The notes under the pieces were generated by a model. It searched no databases. It had not been told where the DNA came from and saw only the letters and a list, made by a program, of their open reading frames with translations. A program made the translations under genes and the position numbers. A stretch of DNA of 34,992 bases from Fibrobacter sp. (GTDB lineage: Bacteria > Krumholzibacteriota > Krumholzibacteriia > LZORAL124-64-63), in assembly GCA_020718045.1 (NCBI GenBank), contig DYDD01000004.1, positions 765 through 35,756 on the forward strand. Reading direction: 5' to 3'. Below are positions 23,595 through 32,045 of the stretch, one piece after another (positions within the stretch are counted from its first letter, which is position 1; each line of letters opens with the position of its first letter).

Positions 23595-24457
23595 CACACG
23601 CCCCCGCGCAGGCTGAAGTTGTGGAAGCTGGGGATGAAGTGGTGGATGGCGCCCATCGCCAGGACCACCGCGAGGTAGGTCAGGATCGCCAGCGTGTTCA
23701 TGCGGCGGCCGCGCCAGCCCCACCAGCGGTGGCCGGCCAGGCCCGCCAGGTAGACCAGGAAGATCAGCCAGGAGGTCAGGATCTTCGGGTCGAAGGGGGT
23801 CAGGCTGCGCGCCGTCTCGGGGTCGAGCTTGTCGGCCAGGTCGTAGAGCCACAGGTGACCCAGCGCGAGGGCCCCGAACAGCAGGGGCACGCCCAGCTTG
23901 GCCGCGCCCACGCTCATGCGCTCCAGGACCTCCAGCGGCGGCAGCCGGCGGAAGAGCAGCCCGAACGTCTTGCGGGCGAGCTGGCGCGCCAGCACCAGGT
24001 AGAGGGCCGCGTAGAGGAAGCTGAGGCTCAGCGCGGTGTACGCCAGCAGCACCAGCACGGCGTGGCCGGCGTAGCCGGGGTCCTCCAGCAGTGGGTTGGC
24101 CGCCGGTTCGGCGATGGAGAACGCGCTGGCGATGAACTGCAGCAGGAACGCCACGCCCGTGACCAGGAACCCCGTCTCGCGCACGCGCAGACGGCGTTCG
24201 ACCACGGCGTAGATCAGCAGCAGGGACAGCGCCAGCAGCGACAGGAACTCCAGGGGCGAGGCCATCGGCAGGTGGTGGTGTACCCGCGCGTGGATGACGG
24301 ACGCCGCAAGGTGGGCCACCACGGTCGTCGCGAGCAGCCGCCGCGCCCAGCGGTGGGCGAACTTGCGGTTCTCGTAGAAGACCCACAGGTAGGCCACGAA
24401 GAGCAGCAGGTACAGCAGCGGTAGCAGGACCTCGCCCACCGTCAACGCGAGCCTCAT
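23594..24457 (-). CDS. CcsA/HemX-like cytochrome c assembly family membrane protein
   Basis: About 8 TM helices, HLP, H...L.Y, LPPLE.LE and DPK...W..Y motifs; lacks the full WGxxWxWD signature; ATGA overlap. Confidence 0.8.
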   Translation of the reverse strand: MRLALTVGEVLLPLLYLLLFVAYLWVFYENRKFAHRWARRLLATTVVAHLAASVIHARVHHHLPMASPLEFLSLLALSLLLIYAVVERRLRVRETGFLVTGVAFLLQFIASAFSIAEPAANPLLEDPGYAGHAVLVLLAYTALSLSFLYAALYLVLARQLARKTFGLLFRRLPPLEVLERMSVGAAKLGVPLLFGALALGHLWLYDLADKLDPETARSLTPFDPKILTSWLIFLVYLAGLAGHRWWGWRGRRMNTLAILTYLAVVLAMGAIHHFIPSFHNFSLRGGV

Positions 24458-25935
24458 GCCGCCCCTCCTTCGACGCGGGGACCGGCCGCCGCCAGCCGGT
24501 CGAGCACGGCGGCGGCCATGGTTTCGGATTCCTTGATGCAGGCGTTGACCGACACGCCGCGGTACGAGCTGCCGGACAGGTGCAGGCCCGGCAGGGCGGC
24601 GAGCCGCGTCTCCATTCGGCGCAGGCGGTCGAGGTGGCCGGGTTCGTACTGGGCGATGGCCCGCGGGTGGCGGAACACCCGGGTCATCACGGGGTTGTCG
24701 CGCAGGCCCATCAGCCCGCGCAGCTCGGCGACGGCGCGGTCCCGCAGGGCGTCGTCGCCGTCGTCCAGGACGTGCGGGTCGCCCGGACCGCCGGCCATGC
24801 AGTGCAGCAGGACCCGGCCGTCCGGCGCGCGGCCGGGGAAGATGCTGCTGGTCCACAGGGCGCCCAGCAGGCGGCTGTGTTCGCAGGTGGGGATCAGCGC
24901 GCCGAAGCCGTCGAGGTCGTGCGCCACGTCGCCGCGCGCGTAGCCCAGGGCGATCACGGCCATCGGCACGTAGGGGATGCCGTCCAGCAGGCCGGACAGC
25001 GCGGGGTCGAGCTCGCGCAGGTGGGCGGCGGCCGCGTGGGCCGGCGCGGCGTGGACGACGGCGTCGGCGTCGAAGGATGCGCCCTCGTCGACCCGCACGC
25101 GCCAGACCGCGCCGTCGCGGCTGATCGACGCGACCGCGCGGCCCGTGACGAGGGAGGCGCGCGGATCGTCGCGCAGGGCCCGCGCCAGGGCGGCGGGCAG
25201 CGCCGCCATGCCGTCACGGAAGGAATGCAGGGTGCCGGAGGGGCCGGCATCGGCGGCCCGCTTGCGCTGCTTCGAGATCGCCGCGAGCGCGCGGAACAGG
25301 CTGCCGTGGTCGCGCTCCAGCTCGACCATCCGCGGGAACGCGGCCGCGAGGCTGAGCCGGCGGGCGTCGCCGCCGAAGATGCCCTTGACCATCGGGTCGA
25401 GCATCAGCTCCGCGAAGTCGCTCCCCAGGCGCCGGCGCCCGAACTCCCAGACCGACTCGTCGGTGGCGGGATCGTCGGCGGCGCGGCCCAGGTCCCGCCG
25501 GCGCGGCACCAGGAGTTCGCCCAGCACGCGCAGCTTGGCGCGGGGGGTGAACAGATCGGTCTTGAGGAAGGCGAGCGGCGAGGCGGGGATCTCGCGCAGG
25601 CGGCCGCCGACCACCAGGAAGCGGCGCCGGGCCGCGTCGCTGCTGCGCACCAGCTCGTCGTGCAGGCCCAGGCGGTCGACCAGGCGCAGCGTCGCCGGCT
25701 CGTTGTCCAGGAAGCCGTTGGGGCCCCACTCCAGGCGCCAGCCGTCGTGGACGCTGGTGCGCAGGTTGCCGCCGACCTGCGGCGCGGCCTCCAGGACGTC
25801 GACCCGCAGGTCGAGCCCGCGCGCCGTCGCCCCCTCCAACAGCCGCAGGGCCGTGGCCAGGCCCGACACCCCGCCGCCGACCACGACCGCGCGCCGCGCG
25901 TTCCCTTGCAGCTTCGTCGTGACCTGCTCAGTCAA
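24454..25935 (-). CDS. hemY: FAD-dependent protoporphyrinogen/coproporphyrinogen oxidase (HemY type)
   Basis: VVGGGVSGL, E....GG, E.GPNGF, GIFGGD...LS...FP, GFG.L and AI.QY..GH motifs; TTG start overlapping the hemH stop. Confidence 0.93.
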   Translation of the reverse strand: MTEQVTTKLQGNARRAVVVGGGVSGLATALRLLEGATARGLDLRVDVLEAAPQVGGNLRTSVHDGWRLEWGPNGFLDNEPATLRLVDRLGLHDELVRSSDAARRRFLVVGGRLREIPASPLAFLKTDLFTPRAKLRVLGELLVPRRRDLGRAADDPATDESVWEFGRRRLGSDFAELMLDPMVKGIFGGDARRLSLAAAFPRMVELERDHGSLFRALAAISKQRKRAADAGPSGTLHSFRDGMAALPAALARALRDDPRASLVTGRAVASISRDGAVWRVRVDEGASFDADAVVHAAPAHAAAAHLRELDPALSGLLDGIPYVPMAVIALGYARGDVAHDLDGFGALIPTCEHSRLLGALWTSSIFPGRAPDGRVLLHCMAGGPGDPHVLDDGDDALRDRAVAELRGLMGLRDNPVMTRVFRHPRAIAQYEPGHLDRLRRMETRLAALPGLHLSGSSYRGVSVNACIKESETMAAAVLDRLAAAGPRVEGGAA

Positions 25936-27016
25936 GGGTCGCCTCCGCGCGGAAGGGGTCGCCGGCCAGGCGCGCCGCCAGCGAGGCGAGCCAGGTCTCG
26001 TCGAGGTTGAGCGCGGCGCCGCGGTCGAATTCGCGCACGCCCAGCTCCTCGGCTTCGCGACGCAACTCGCGGTCGAGTTCGTGCAGCGTCTCGATGTGCT
26101 CGCAGGTGAAGCTGACCGGCTGCACCAGCAGCCGGCGGCAACCGGCTCCGGCCAGGCGCCGCGTCTCGGCCGTGATCTCGGGGCCGAGCCACTTGATGGG
26201 GCCGACCTTGCTCTGGAAGGCCAGCAAGGGCGCGGGCCCGCCCGGCAGTCGGGCCAGCCAGGCGGCGTGGCCGTCCGCGGCGAGGGCCGTGCGCACGCGC
26301 TCGTGGACGGCGCTGACCGTGGCGCGGGTCTGGCTGAGGTATGGGTCCCCGCGCTTGATGAAGCTCTCGGGCAGGGAGTGCGCCACGTAGATCAGGGCGC
26401 ACTGCTGCGGGTCGGCGCCCTCGTCGGCCCAGCGTCGCAGGCCGCGGCCCGCGTTGGCGGCCAGCGTCGCGACGAAGCCGTCCAGCAGATGCCAGGCCTC
26501 GATCACGTGGACCGCGGTGCCGGGGGCGAGGCGGTCCAGCGACCGCTGCACGAAGGACAGCGTGCTGCCGTTGGTGGCGTCGGAGTACTGGGGGTACATC
26601 GGCAGGACCAGGAACTGCTCGGCGCCGCGCTCGCGCAGCCCGCGCACGGCCTCGTCGGGAAAGGGCCGCCAGTAGCGCATGGCCGGCAGCGCGATCGTCG
26701 GCCTGCCGGCTTCGCCCAGCAGCGCGGCCAGCCGGTCCCCCTGGGCGCGGGTGGTCGGGACCTGCGGCGAGCCGCCGCCGAGCCCCATCTCGAGGTACCG
26801 CCGGCGCACGGCTGGCGCGCGCCGCCAGGCGATCAGGCGGCCCAGGAGCGGGGAGAGCAGGCGCGGGATGGGGATGATCTGCGGGTCCTGGAACAGGTTG
26901 CGCAGGAAGGGCTGCACCGCGTCGGGCCCGTCGGGCCCGCCCATGCCGCACAGGATCAGGCCCGTGGTCCGGGCCGGGTCGAGGTGGTCCTGCCGGAAGC
27001 GACGCGGTGCGGTCAT
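25928..27016 (-). CDS. hemH: Ferrochelatase
   Basis: MGGPD...V.PFL.NLF.D, GGSP, MRYW.PF, PMYPQYS, AHSLP, GDPY, FQSKVGP..WL.P and EHIETL.ELD motifs. Confidence 0.95.
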   Translation of the reverse strand: MTAPRRFRQDHLDPARTTGLILCGMGGPDGPDAVQPFLRNLFQDPQIIPIPRLLSPLLGRLIAWRRAPAVRRRYLEMGLGGGSPQVPTTRAQGDRLAALLGEAGRPTIALPAMRYWRPFPDEAVRGLRERGAEQFLVLPMYPQYSDATNGSTLSFVQRSLDRLAPGTAVHVIEAWHLLDGFVATLAANAGRGLRRWADEGADPQQCALIYVAHSLPESFIKRGDPYLSQTRATVSAVHERVRTALAADGHAAWLARLPGGPAPLLAFQSKVGPIKWLGPEITAETRRLAGAGCRRLLVQPVSFTCEHIETLHELDRELRREAEELGVREFDRGAALNLDETWLASLAARLAGDPFRAEATLD

Positions 27017-27023
27017 CCTCGCC

Positions 27024-28400
27024 TCAGATGGTCTTGGAGAACAGGGGTTTCCCGCTCGTGCGGTCCAGGTAGGCGTCGAACTCCATGCACAGGTTGCGCA
27101 CGAAGAAGCGTCCCAGGTCGGTCACGCGCACGCGGTCGGGCAGGAACTCCACGAAGCCCTCGTCCTGGTAGGGGAGCAGGCGGGCCAGCCCGTCGGCCAG
27201 CAGCTCGTCCGCCGGCGCGCCGAAACCGGGCACGGTCAGCGCGTAGGGCAGCTCCAGGTTGCACATCAGGTTCAAGATCGCCAGGCGCCGCAGGCGGTCG
27301 TCGTCGCTGAGGCGGTGCCCCTTGACGACCGGCAGGTGGCCGGCGTCGACCGCGTTCTGGTAGCCGTCGAGCTCGGCGTCGTTCTGGACGAAGCGGTCGC
27401 ACACGTCGCCGATGCCGCTCATGCCGAAGGCCAGCATGTGGGGCGCCGGGCGCGTCGTGTAGCCCATGAAGTTGCGGTGCAGGCGCCGCTCCCGCAGCGC
27501 GACGGCGAGCTCGTCGTCGCGCCGGGCGAAGTGGTCGATGCCGATCCAGTCGTAGCCGGCCTCGGCGAACAGGTCGATCGCCAGGCGGAACAGCTCGAAC
27601 TTCTCGAAGCCCGACGGCATGTTGTCGGTGTTGATGAGCTTCTGCCGCGGGCGCACCCAGGGCACGTGGGCGTAGCTGAAGCAGGCCACGCGGTCGGGTC
27701 CCTGTTCGATGATGTCGCTCAGGGTGCGAGCGAAGGAGTCGCGCGTCTGCTCCGGCAGGCCGTAGACGAGGTCGAGGTTGACGCCCTCGTAGCCGGCCTC
27801 GCGGCAGGCGTGGTACAGCTCCAGCGTGCGGTCGCGCTTCTGCAGGCGGCCGATGGCCTTCTGCACCGCGGGCTCGAAGTCCTGCACGCCCAGGCTGATG
27901 CGGTTGAAGCCCTGCGCCCGCAGGAAGCGCGCCTGCTCGGGCGTGCCGATGCGCGGGTCGACCTCGATCGAGACCTCGCCCCGCGGGTCGACGGCGAAGG
28001 CGGCGCGCAGCAGCCCCAGCGCGCGCTCGACCTGCGGGTCCTTGAGGAAGTTGGGCGTGCCGCCGCCCCAGTGCAGTTGCACGACGCGCCGGCCCGGACC
28101 CAGCACGTCCACCACCGCGGCCAGCTCGCGCTCGACGCGGTCGAGGTAGGCGTCGACGGCGCCCTTCTCGGTGGAGACGACGGCATTGCAGCCGCAGTAG
28201 TGGCAGTGCTTGGCGCAGAAGGGCAAGTGCAGGTAGACCGACAGCTCGTCGCCGGGCCGCGCCGCCAGCTCGCGCAGCGCCGCGCGGAAGTCGTCCTCGC
28301 CGAAGCCGCTCGTCCAGGCCGGCACCGTCGGGTAGCTTGTGTACCGGGGGCCCGGCTTGTCGTGCTTCTCGAGAAGGTTGCGCGGCACGTCCAGGGCCAT
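27024..28400 (-). CDS. hemN: Oxygen-independent coproporphyrinogen III dehydrogenase (radical SAM)
   Basis: GPRYTSYPT, YLHLPFC...C.YCGC, HWGGGTP, IGIDHFA, LHRNFMGY motifs and FSKTI C-terminus. Confidence 0.96.
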   Translation of the reverse strand: MALDVPRNLLEKHDKPGPRYTSYPTVPAWTSGFGEDDFRAALRELAARPGDELSVYLHLPFCAKHCHYCGCNAVVSTEKGAVDAYLDRVERELAAVVDVLGPGRRVVQLHWGGGTPNFLKDPQVERALGLLRAAFAVDPRGEVSIEVDPRIGTPEQARFLRAQGFNRISLGVQDFEPAVQKAIGRLQKRDRTLELYHACREAGYEGVNLDLVYGLPEQTRDSFARTLSDIIEQGPDRVACFSYAHVPWVRPRQKLINTDNMPSGFEKFELFRLAIDLFAEAGYDWIGIDHFARRDDELAVALRERRLHRNFMGYTTRPAPHMLAFGMSGIGDVCDRFVQNDAELDGYQNAVDAGHLPVVKGHRLSDDDRLRRLAILNLMCNLELPYALTVPGFGAPADELLADGLARLLPYQDEGFVEFLPDRVRVTDLGRFFVRNLCMEFDAYLDRTSGKPLFSKTI

Positions 28401-28401
28401 C

Positions 28402-29439
28402 TCAGTCCCCCTCGCGGTACGCCTGCACGGTCGCGACCAGGGTCTCGACCGCGTCCAGGGGCGCCTCCGGCAGGATGCCGTGCCCGAGGTTGAAGACGTG
28501 GCCGGCGGCGTCGCGGCCGGCGCGGCAGATCTCCAGCGCGCGGCGGCGGATCTCCTCGTGGCTGCCGAACAGGCACAGCGGGTCCAGGTTGCCCTGCACG
28601 GCCCGGCCGGGATAGGCGCGTGCGGCGACCGCCAGGTCGAGCGTCCAGTCCACGCCGAACGCCTCGGCGTCGAGCGTGCGCACGTGGTCGAGGTAGGGGG
28701 CGCTGCCCTTCAGGAAGTAGACGCGGGGCACGCCCGCGCCCTTCAGGCCGGTCAGGATCCGCCGCAGCCCGGGCATGATGATGCGCTCGTAGTCCTGCGG
28801 GTGCAGGATGCCGCCCCAGGTGTCGAAGATCTGGACCGCATCGACGCCCGCCTCGACCTGCATCAGCAGGTAGTCGGTGATCTGGTCGGCGAGCTTGTCC
28901 AGCAGGCGCGACAGCAGCGCCGGGTCGGAGTAGAGCATCGCCTTGAGGTGCCGGTAGTCCTTGGAACCGCCGCCTTCGATCATGTAGGCCGCCAGCGTGA
29001 ACGGCGCGCCGGCGAACCCGATCAGGGGCGTGCGGTCCCCGAGCTCGCGCTTGATCATCCGCACGGCCTCGGCCACGTAGCCGGTGTGCTCGCGCGAGTC
29101 GACGACGCGCAGGGCGTCCACGTCGGCCGCCGCGCGCACGGTGTGGTGCATGCGCGGGCCGTGGTCGTCGAAGGAGAAGGGGGCGCCCATGGGCTCCAGC
29201 GGCACCAGGATGTCGCTGAACAGGATGGCCGCGTCGAAGCCGAAGCGGCGGATCGGCTGCAGGGTGACCTCGCAGGCCAGCTCCGGCGTCTTGCAGAGGC
29301 CGATGAACGAGGTCTTCTCGCGCACGGCGCGGTACTCGGGGAGGTAGCGGCCCGCCTGGCGCATGATCCAGATCGGCGTGCGCTCGTGCGCCTCGCGACG
29401 CAGGGCGGACAGGTAGGGGAGATGCTGCAGCGTGTCCAT
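28402..29439 (-). CDS. hemE: Uroporphyrinogen decarboxylase
   Basis: PIWIMRQAGRYLPEYR, DAAILFSDIL, LIGFAGAPFTLA.Y, QGNLDP and FNLGHGI motifs. Confidence 0.97.
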   Translation of the reverse strand: MDTLQHLPYLSALRREAHERTPIWIMRQAGRYLPEYRAVREKTSFIGLCKTPELACEVTLQPIRRFGFDAAILFSDILVPLEPMGAPFSFDDHGPRMHHTVRAAADVDALRVVDSREHTGYVAEAVRMIKRELGDRTPLIGFAGAPFTLAAYMIEGGGSKDYRHLKAMLYSDPALLSRLLDKLADQITDYLLMQVEAGVDAVQIFDTWGGILHPQDYERIIMPGLRRILTGLKGAGVPRVYFLKGSAPYLDHVRTLDAEAFGVDWTLDLAVAARAYPGRAVQGNLDPLCLFGSHEEIRRRALEICRAGRDAAGHVFNLGHGILPEAPLDAVETLVATVQAYREGD

Positions 29440-29536
29440 CGTGTCTCCGGGATGGGGCCGCCGCTGCGGGGCGGCGCCGGGGCGCGGTCGACCGCCGCGC
29501 GCCGGGAGGAAATCTAGTCGCGAAACCGGCGAATTG

Positions 29537-29553
29537 TGTCACGGAGACGTCAT
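29537..29553. promoter_or_regulatory. Candidate operator upstream of hemE, shared with the NHL/omcS promoter
   Basis: TGTCACGGAGACGTCAT, 15/17 identical to 32004-32020; GTCAY half-sites with 11-bp period. Confidence 0.55.
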
Positions 29554-29610
29554 GTCGGCGGATTTTCGGGGACGGCGGAGCCGGGTCAGCGGCCGCGGGA
29601 GTCCCGGCTT

Positions 29611-29647
29611 GAGAAACGGGCCCCGCACCGTCCTGGTGCGGGGCCCG
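29611..29647 (-). terminator. Rho-independent terminator downstream of the omcS-like gene
   Basis: Perfect 13-bp stem CGGGCCCCGCACC/GGTGCGGGGCCCG (29617-29647) followed on the - strand by TTTCTC. Confidence 0.75.
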
Positions 29648-29691
29648 CCGGATTGTCGCGATCACCCGGCTGGGGCCGGGTAGGCGTCGGA

Positions 29692-30813
29692 TCAGGGCGC
29701 CGTGTAGGGAGCGTCGCCGAAGTCCTTCACGTGGCACTTGTTGCACAGCGACCGCTGGTTGGTCACCAGGGTGTAGCCGTAGTCCTTGTTCGCCACGTCG
29801 TCGGCCGAGGCGCCGGTGTCGGTGGCCAGCGGGTGCGAGCTGATCAGGTGCGTGGACGTGAAGTCCCAGCGGCCGGCGTCCGCGAAGGGCGACGCGTGCG
29901 AACGGTGGCAGGTCAGGCACATGACCTGGTCTCCGGCCACGGGGCCCTGGGTGTAGTTCAGGGGGTCGATGGCTTCGAGGTCGACGTTGACGGCCTCGAA
30001 GGGCACCAGACCGCGGTACGAGGTGGCGGGGTCGCCGCCGGTGGTCTGGTCGGTGCTGATGTAGGCGTTGTAGGTCGCCACGACCAGGCTGCTCATGTCC
30101 TCGCCCGTCGGGTGCACGAAGTCGGTGGTGTTGCCGGCATGCAGGTCGGTGTGGCAGTTGGCGCACCACTCGCTCATGCCCGACTTGTACACGGTGTGCG
30201 AGAGGTCGGTCTCGGGCACGCCCGAGGGGCTGTTGCCCAGGGTGCGGCGGCTGTTGCCCAGGGCGATCGGGGCGGGGCTGTCGAAGTTGTAGCGGGCGCC
30301 GCCGTAGATCGGGCCGGCGCTCTCGTCGCCGTAGAGCAGACGGTAGTTCTGGTTGCCGTGCGGGTCGTGGCAGCTCGTGCAGGTCAGGTACTGGCTGTCG
30401 AAGTCGCCGCCGGGGGCCGCGGCCAGGACGGGATCCCGGACGATGCCGTAGGCCGGCGAGATGACGTTGTGGCCGTGGGTGTAGCCCTGACGGGAGCCGG
30501 CCCGGGGCGTGGTCCACGAGAAGGTCTTGGTGATCCAGTAGAAGTCGCCGCCGGCGCCCCAGCCGAAGCCGCCGGCGAGCTGGCCGTACGCGGCGTGGCA
30601 GCGCAGGCAGGTGTCGCTGGCGTTGCCGTTGTTCAGCAGGTAGGCGTTGCCCGTGGGGTGATTGACGTCCACGAGGGCGCCGTTCTGGCTGTTGTGCATG
30701 GTGTGGCAGCCGGCGCAGTAGGCCACGCCGCCGTCGTGGAACGCCAAAGCGGCGCCGCTGCTCAGGGCGAGAGCCAGGACGATGGTTGCGGAGATCAACA
30801 GTTTGTGTTTCAC
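29692..30813 (-). CDS. OmcS-like secreted hexaheme c-type cytochrome (nanowire family)
   Basis: Signal peptide ALA|FHDGGVAYCAGCHTMHNS; 6 CxxCH; blocks GGDFYWITKTFSW, GHNV, APGG..LTCTSCHDPHG, GMSEWCANCHTD, VMCLTCHRSHAS and QRSLCNKCHVKD match my recollection of G. sulfurreducens OmcS; GTG start with RBS GGAGG. Confidence 0.9.
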   Translation of the reverse strand: MKHKLLISATIVLALALSSGAALAFHDGGVAYCAGCHTMHNSQNGALVDVNHPTGNAYLLNNGNASDTCLRCHAAYGQLAGGFGWGAGGDFYWITKTFSWTTPRAGSRQGYTHGHNVISPAYGIVRDPVLAAAPGGDFDSQYLTCTSCHDPHGNQNYRLLYGDESAGPIYGGARYNFDSPAPIALGNSRRTLGNSPSGVPETDLSHTVYKSGMSEWCANCHTDLHAGNTTDFVHPTGEDMSSLVVATYNAYISTDQTTGGDPATSYRGLVPFEAVNVDLEAIDPLNYTQGPVAGDQVMCLTCHRSHASPFADAGRWDFTSTHLISSHPLATDTGASADDVANKDYGYTLVTNQRSLCNKCHVKDFGDAPYTAP

Positions 30814-30990
30814 AGAATCGCCTCCGAGTTGTGCCGGCGGGCGAGGCCGCCGGTTGGGGTTGAGCTGGCGACCGGGTCGCCGCGACCGTGCTTCGCGCCG
30901 GCCGCCACTTCATCCGACGAGGACCAGGACCACTGCCGATACCGGAACATGCTGACAATCCGTGCGGCCCCGCGCGGGCGGAGCCTCCCT

Positions 30991-31914
30991 CTACTCTCCT
31001 GCTTCCGTGCTGAAGATCCCGAAAGCCTGGACGCGCCCTTCGTAGCCTTGGGCCACCAGGATGCGACCGGGCGTCGCGGCGATGGCCAGGGGGTGGTAGA
31101 GCTGCCCCGGCGCGCCGCCGAACGATCCGAATTCCGACGTGAAGTTGAAGTCTCGGTCGTAGACCAAGACCGTGTGCCGCATGCGGTCCAGGACCAACAC
31201 CTCGTCGGCGGGTCCGAACGCGACGCCGACGGGGAAGGCGAGGCGCCCCGGGCTGGTGCCGGGGCGGCCGAAGGAGCCGGCGTCCGCGCCTTCGGCCGTG
31301 AGGACCAGCACGACGTGCAGCTCGCCGCCGGGAACGAAGAGACGGCCGTCGGGCGCTTCGGCGGGCCGGCCGAGTTCCGACTGTTCAGTGACGCCTTCGA
31401 GGGCGCGGTGCCAGAGCACGCGGCCGGTCGCGGCGTCGTGCTTGGTCAGCGTGCCGGCGCGCTTGTCGAGGGACATATAATGGCCGTCGGCGGTGACGAT
31501 CAGGTGGTCGGGCTGCCATTGCGGCGCGGGCCGTTCGACATCGAAGCGCACCGGTTCGCCGTGCAGGTCGAGCTTGCGCAGCGTGCGCTCCCCGGCGGCG
31601 TCGCGGTCGGCGAAGACGAAACCGCCGTCACGGTCCAGGCAGCCGTCGGCGGGGGTCGAGAGGGAGGCGGCGATACTGCTGGTGAACAGGGTGATCCCGT
31701 GTCCATCGACCACATGGAAGCACACGCCCCGCTCGTCGGTGACGCACACGTCGCCGGTCGCCGGGTCGACGCTCAGAGCGATGGGGCGGACATGGCCGGA
31801 TGTTCCCACGCCCAACTGCAGCATGCCCTCGTAGCGATAAGCGATCGTTCCTTTCGCCGCGAGCGGGCAAAGGAACAGCGTCAGGGCGGTGCAGATTGCA
31901 AGGCATCTTGTCAT
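30991..31914 (-). CDS. Secreted NHL-repeat beta-propeller protein
   Basis: Signal peptide; FG..G..PG.L.FP.GVA and FGSFGGAPGQLYHP.AIA NHL repeats; ATG 31914 preferred over the upstream GTG. Confidence 0.85.
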   Translation of the reverse strand: MTRCLAICTALTLFLCPLAAKGTIAYRYEGMLQLGVGTSGHVRPIALSVDPATGDVCVTDERGVCFHVVDGHGITLFTSSIAASLSTPADGCLDRDGGFVFADRDAAGERTLRKLDLHGEPVRFDVERPAPQWQPDHLIVTADGHYMSLDKRAGTLTKHDAATGRVLWHRALEGVTEQSELGRPAEAPDGRLFVPGGELHVVLVLTAEGADAGSFGRPGTSPGRLAFPVGVAFGPADEVLVLDRMRHTVLVYDRDFNFTSEFGSFGGAPGQLYHPLAIAATPGRILVAQGYEGRVQAFGIFSTEAGE

Positions 31915-32003
31915 GGGGCTGTCACCGAATCTGTTGGTGGATTCACAGCGAGGGCGAGTCGGAGTCGCAAGCAACGCTGTTGTTGTCACCCATTGTGAAC
32001 GCT

Positions 32004-32020
32004 TGTCACGGAGATATCAT
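32004..32020. promoter_or_regulatory. Candidate operator overlapping the -10/start region of the NHL/omcS promoter
   Basis: TGTCACGGAGATATCAT, 15/17 identical to 29537-29553. Confidence 0.55.
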
Positions 32021-32045
32021 AGCGGTTCTGTTACTAATCCGTCAA
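32016..32045 (-). promoter_or_regulatory. Sigma70-type promoter for the NHL-omcS-like unit
   Basis: - strand TTGACG-N18-TATGAT within an AT-rich intergenic island. Confidence 0.7.

Noticed and set aside
23594-24457. Functional System II cytochrome c synthase CcsA
   Set aside because: Tryptophan-rich WWD motif is degenerate (only FDPK..W) and there is no ccsB; HemX-like is more plausible
21679-24856. Apparent long N-terminal extensions or fusions of DUF4126, HemA and CcsA in the ORF track
   Set aside because: Extensions overlap upstream genes in other frames; true starts at 22239, 23594 and 24457 have an RBS or stop-start overlap
31993-32010. Rex/CRP-like box TTGTGAAC...TCAC
   Set aside because: Only one good half-site and the spacing is off by one
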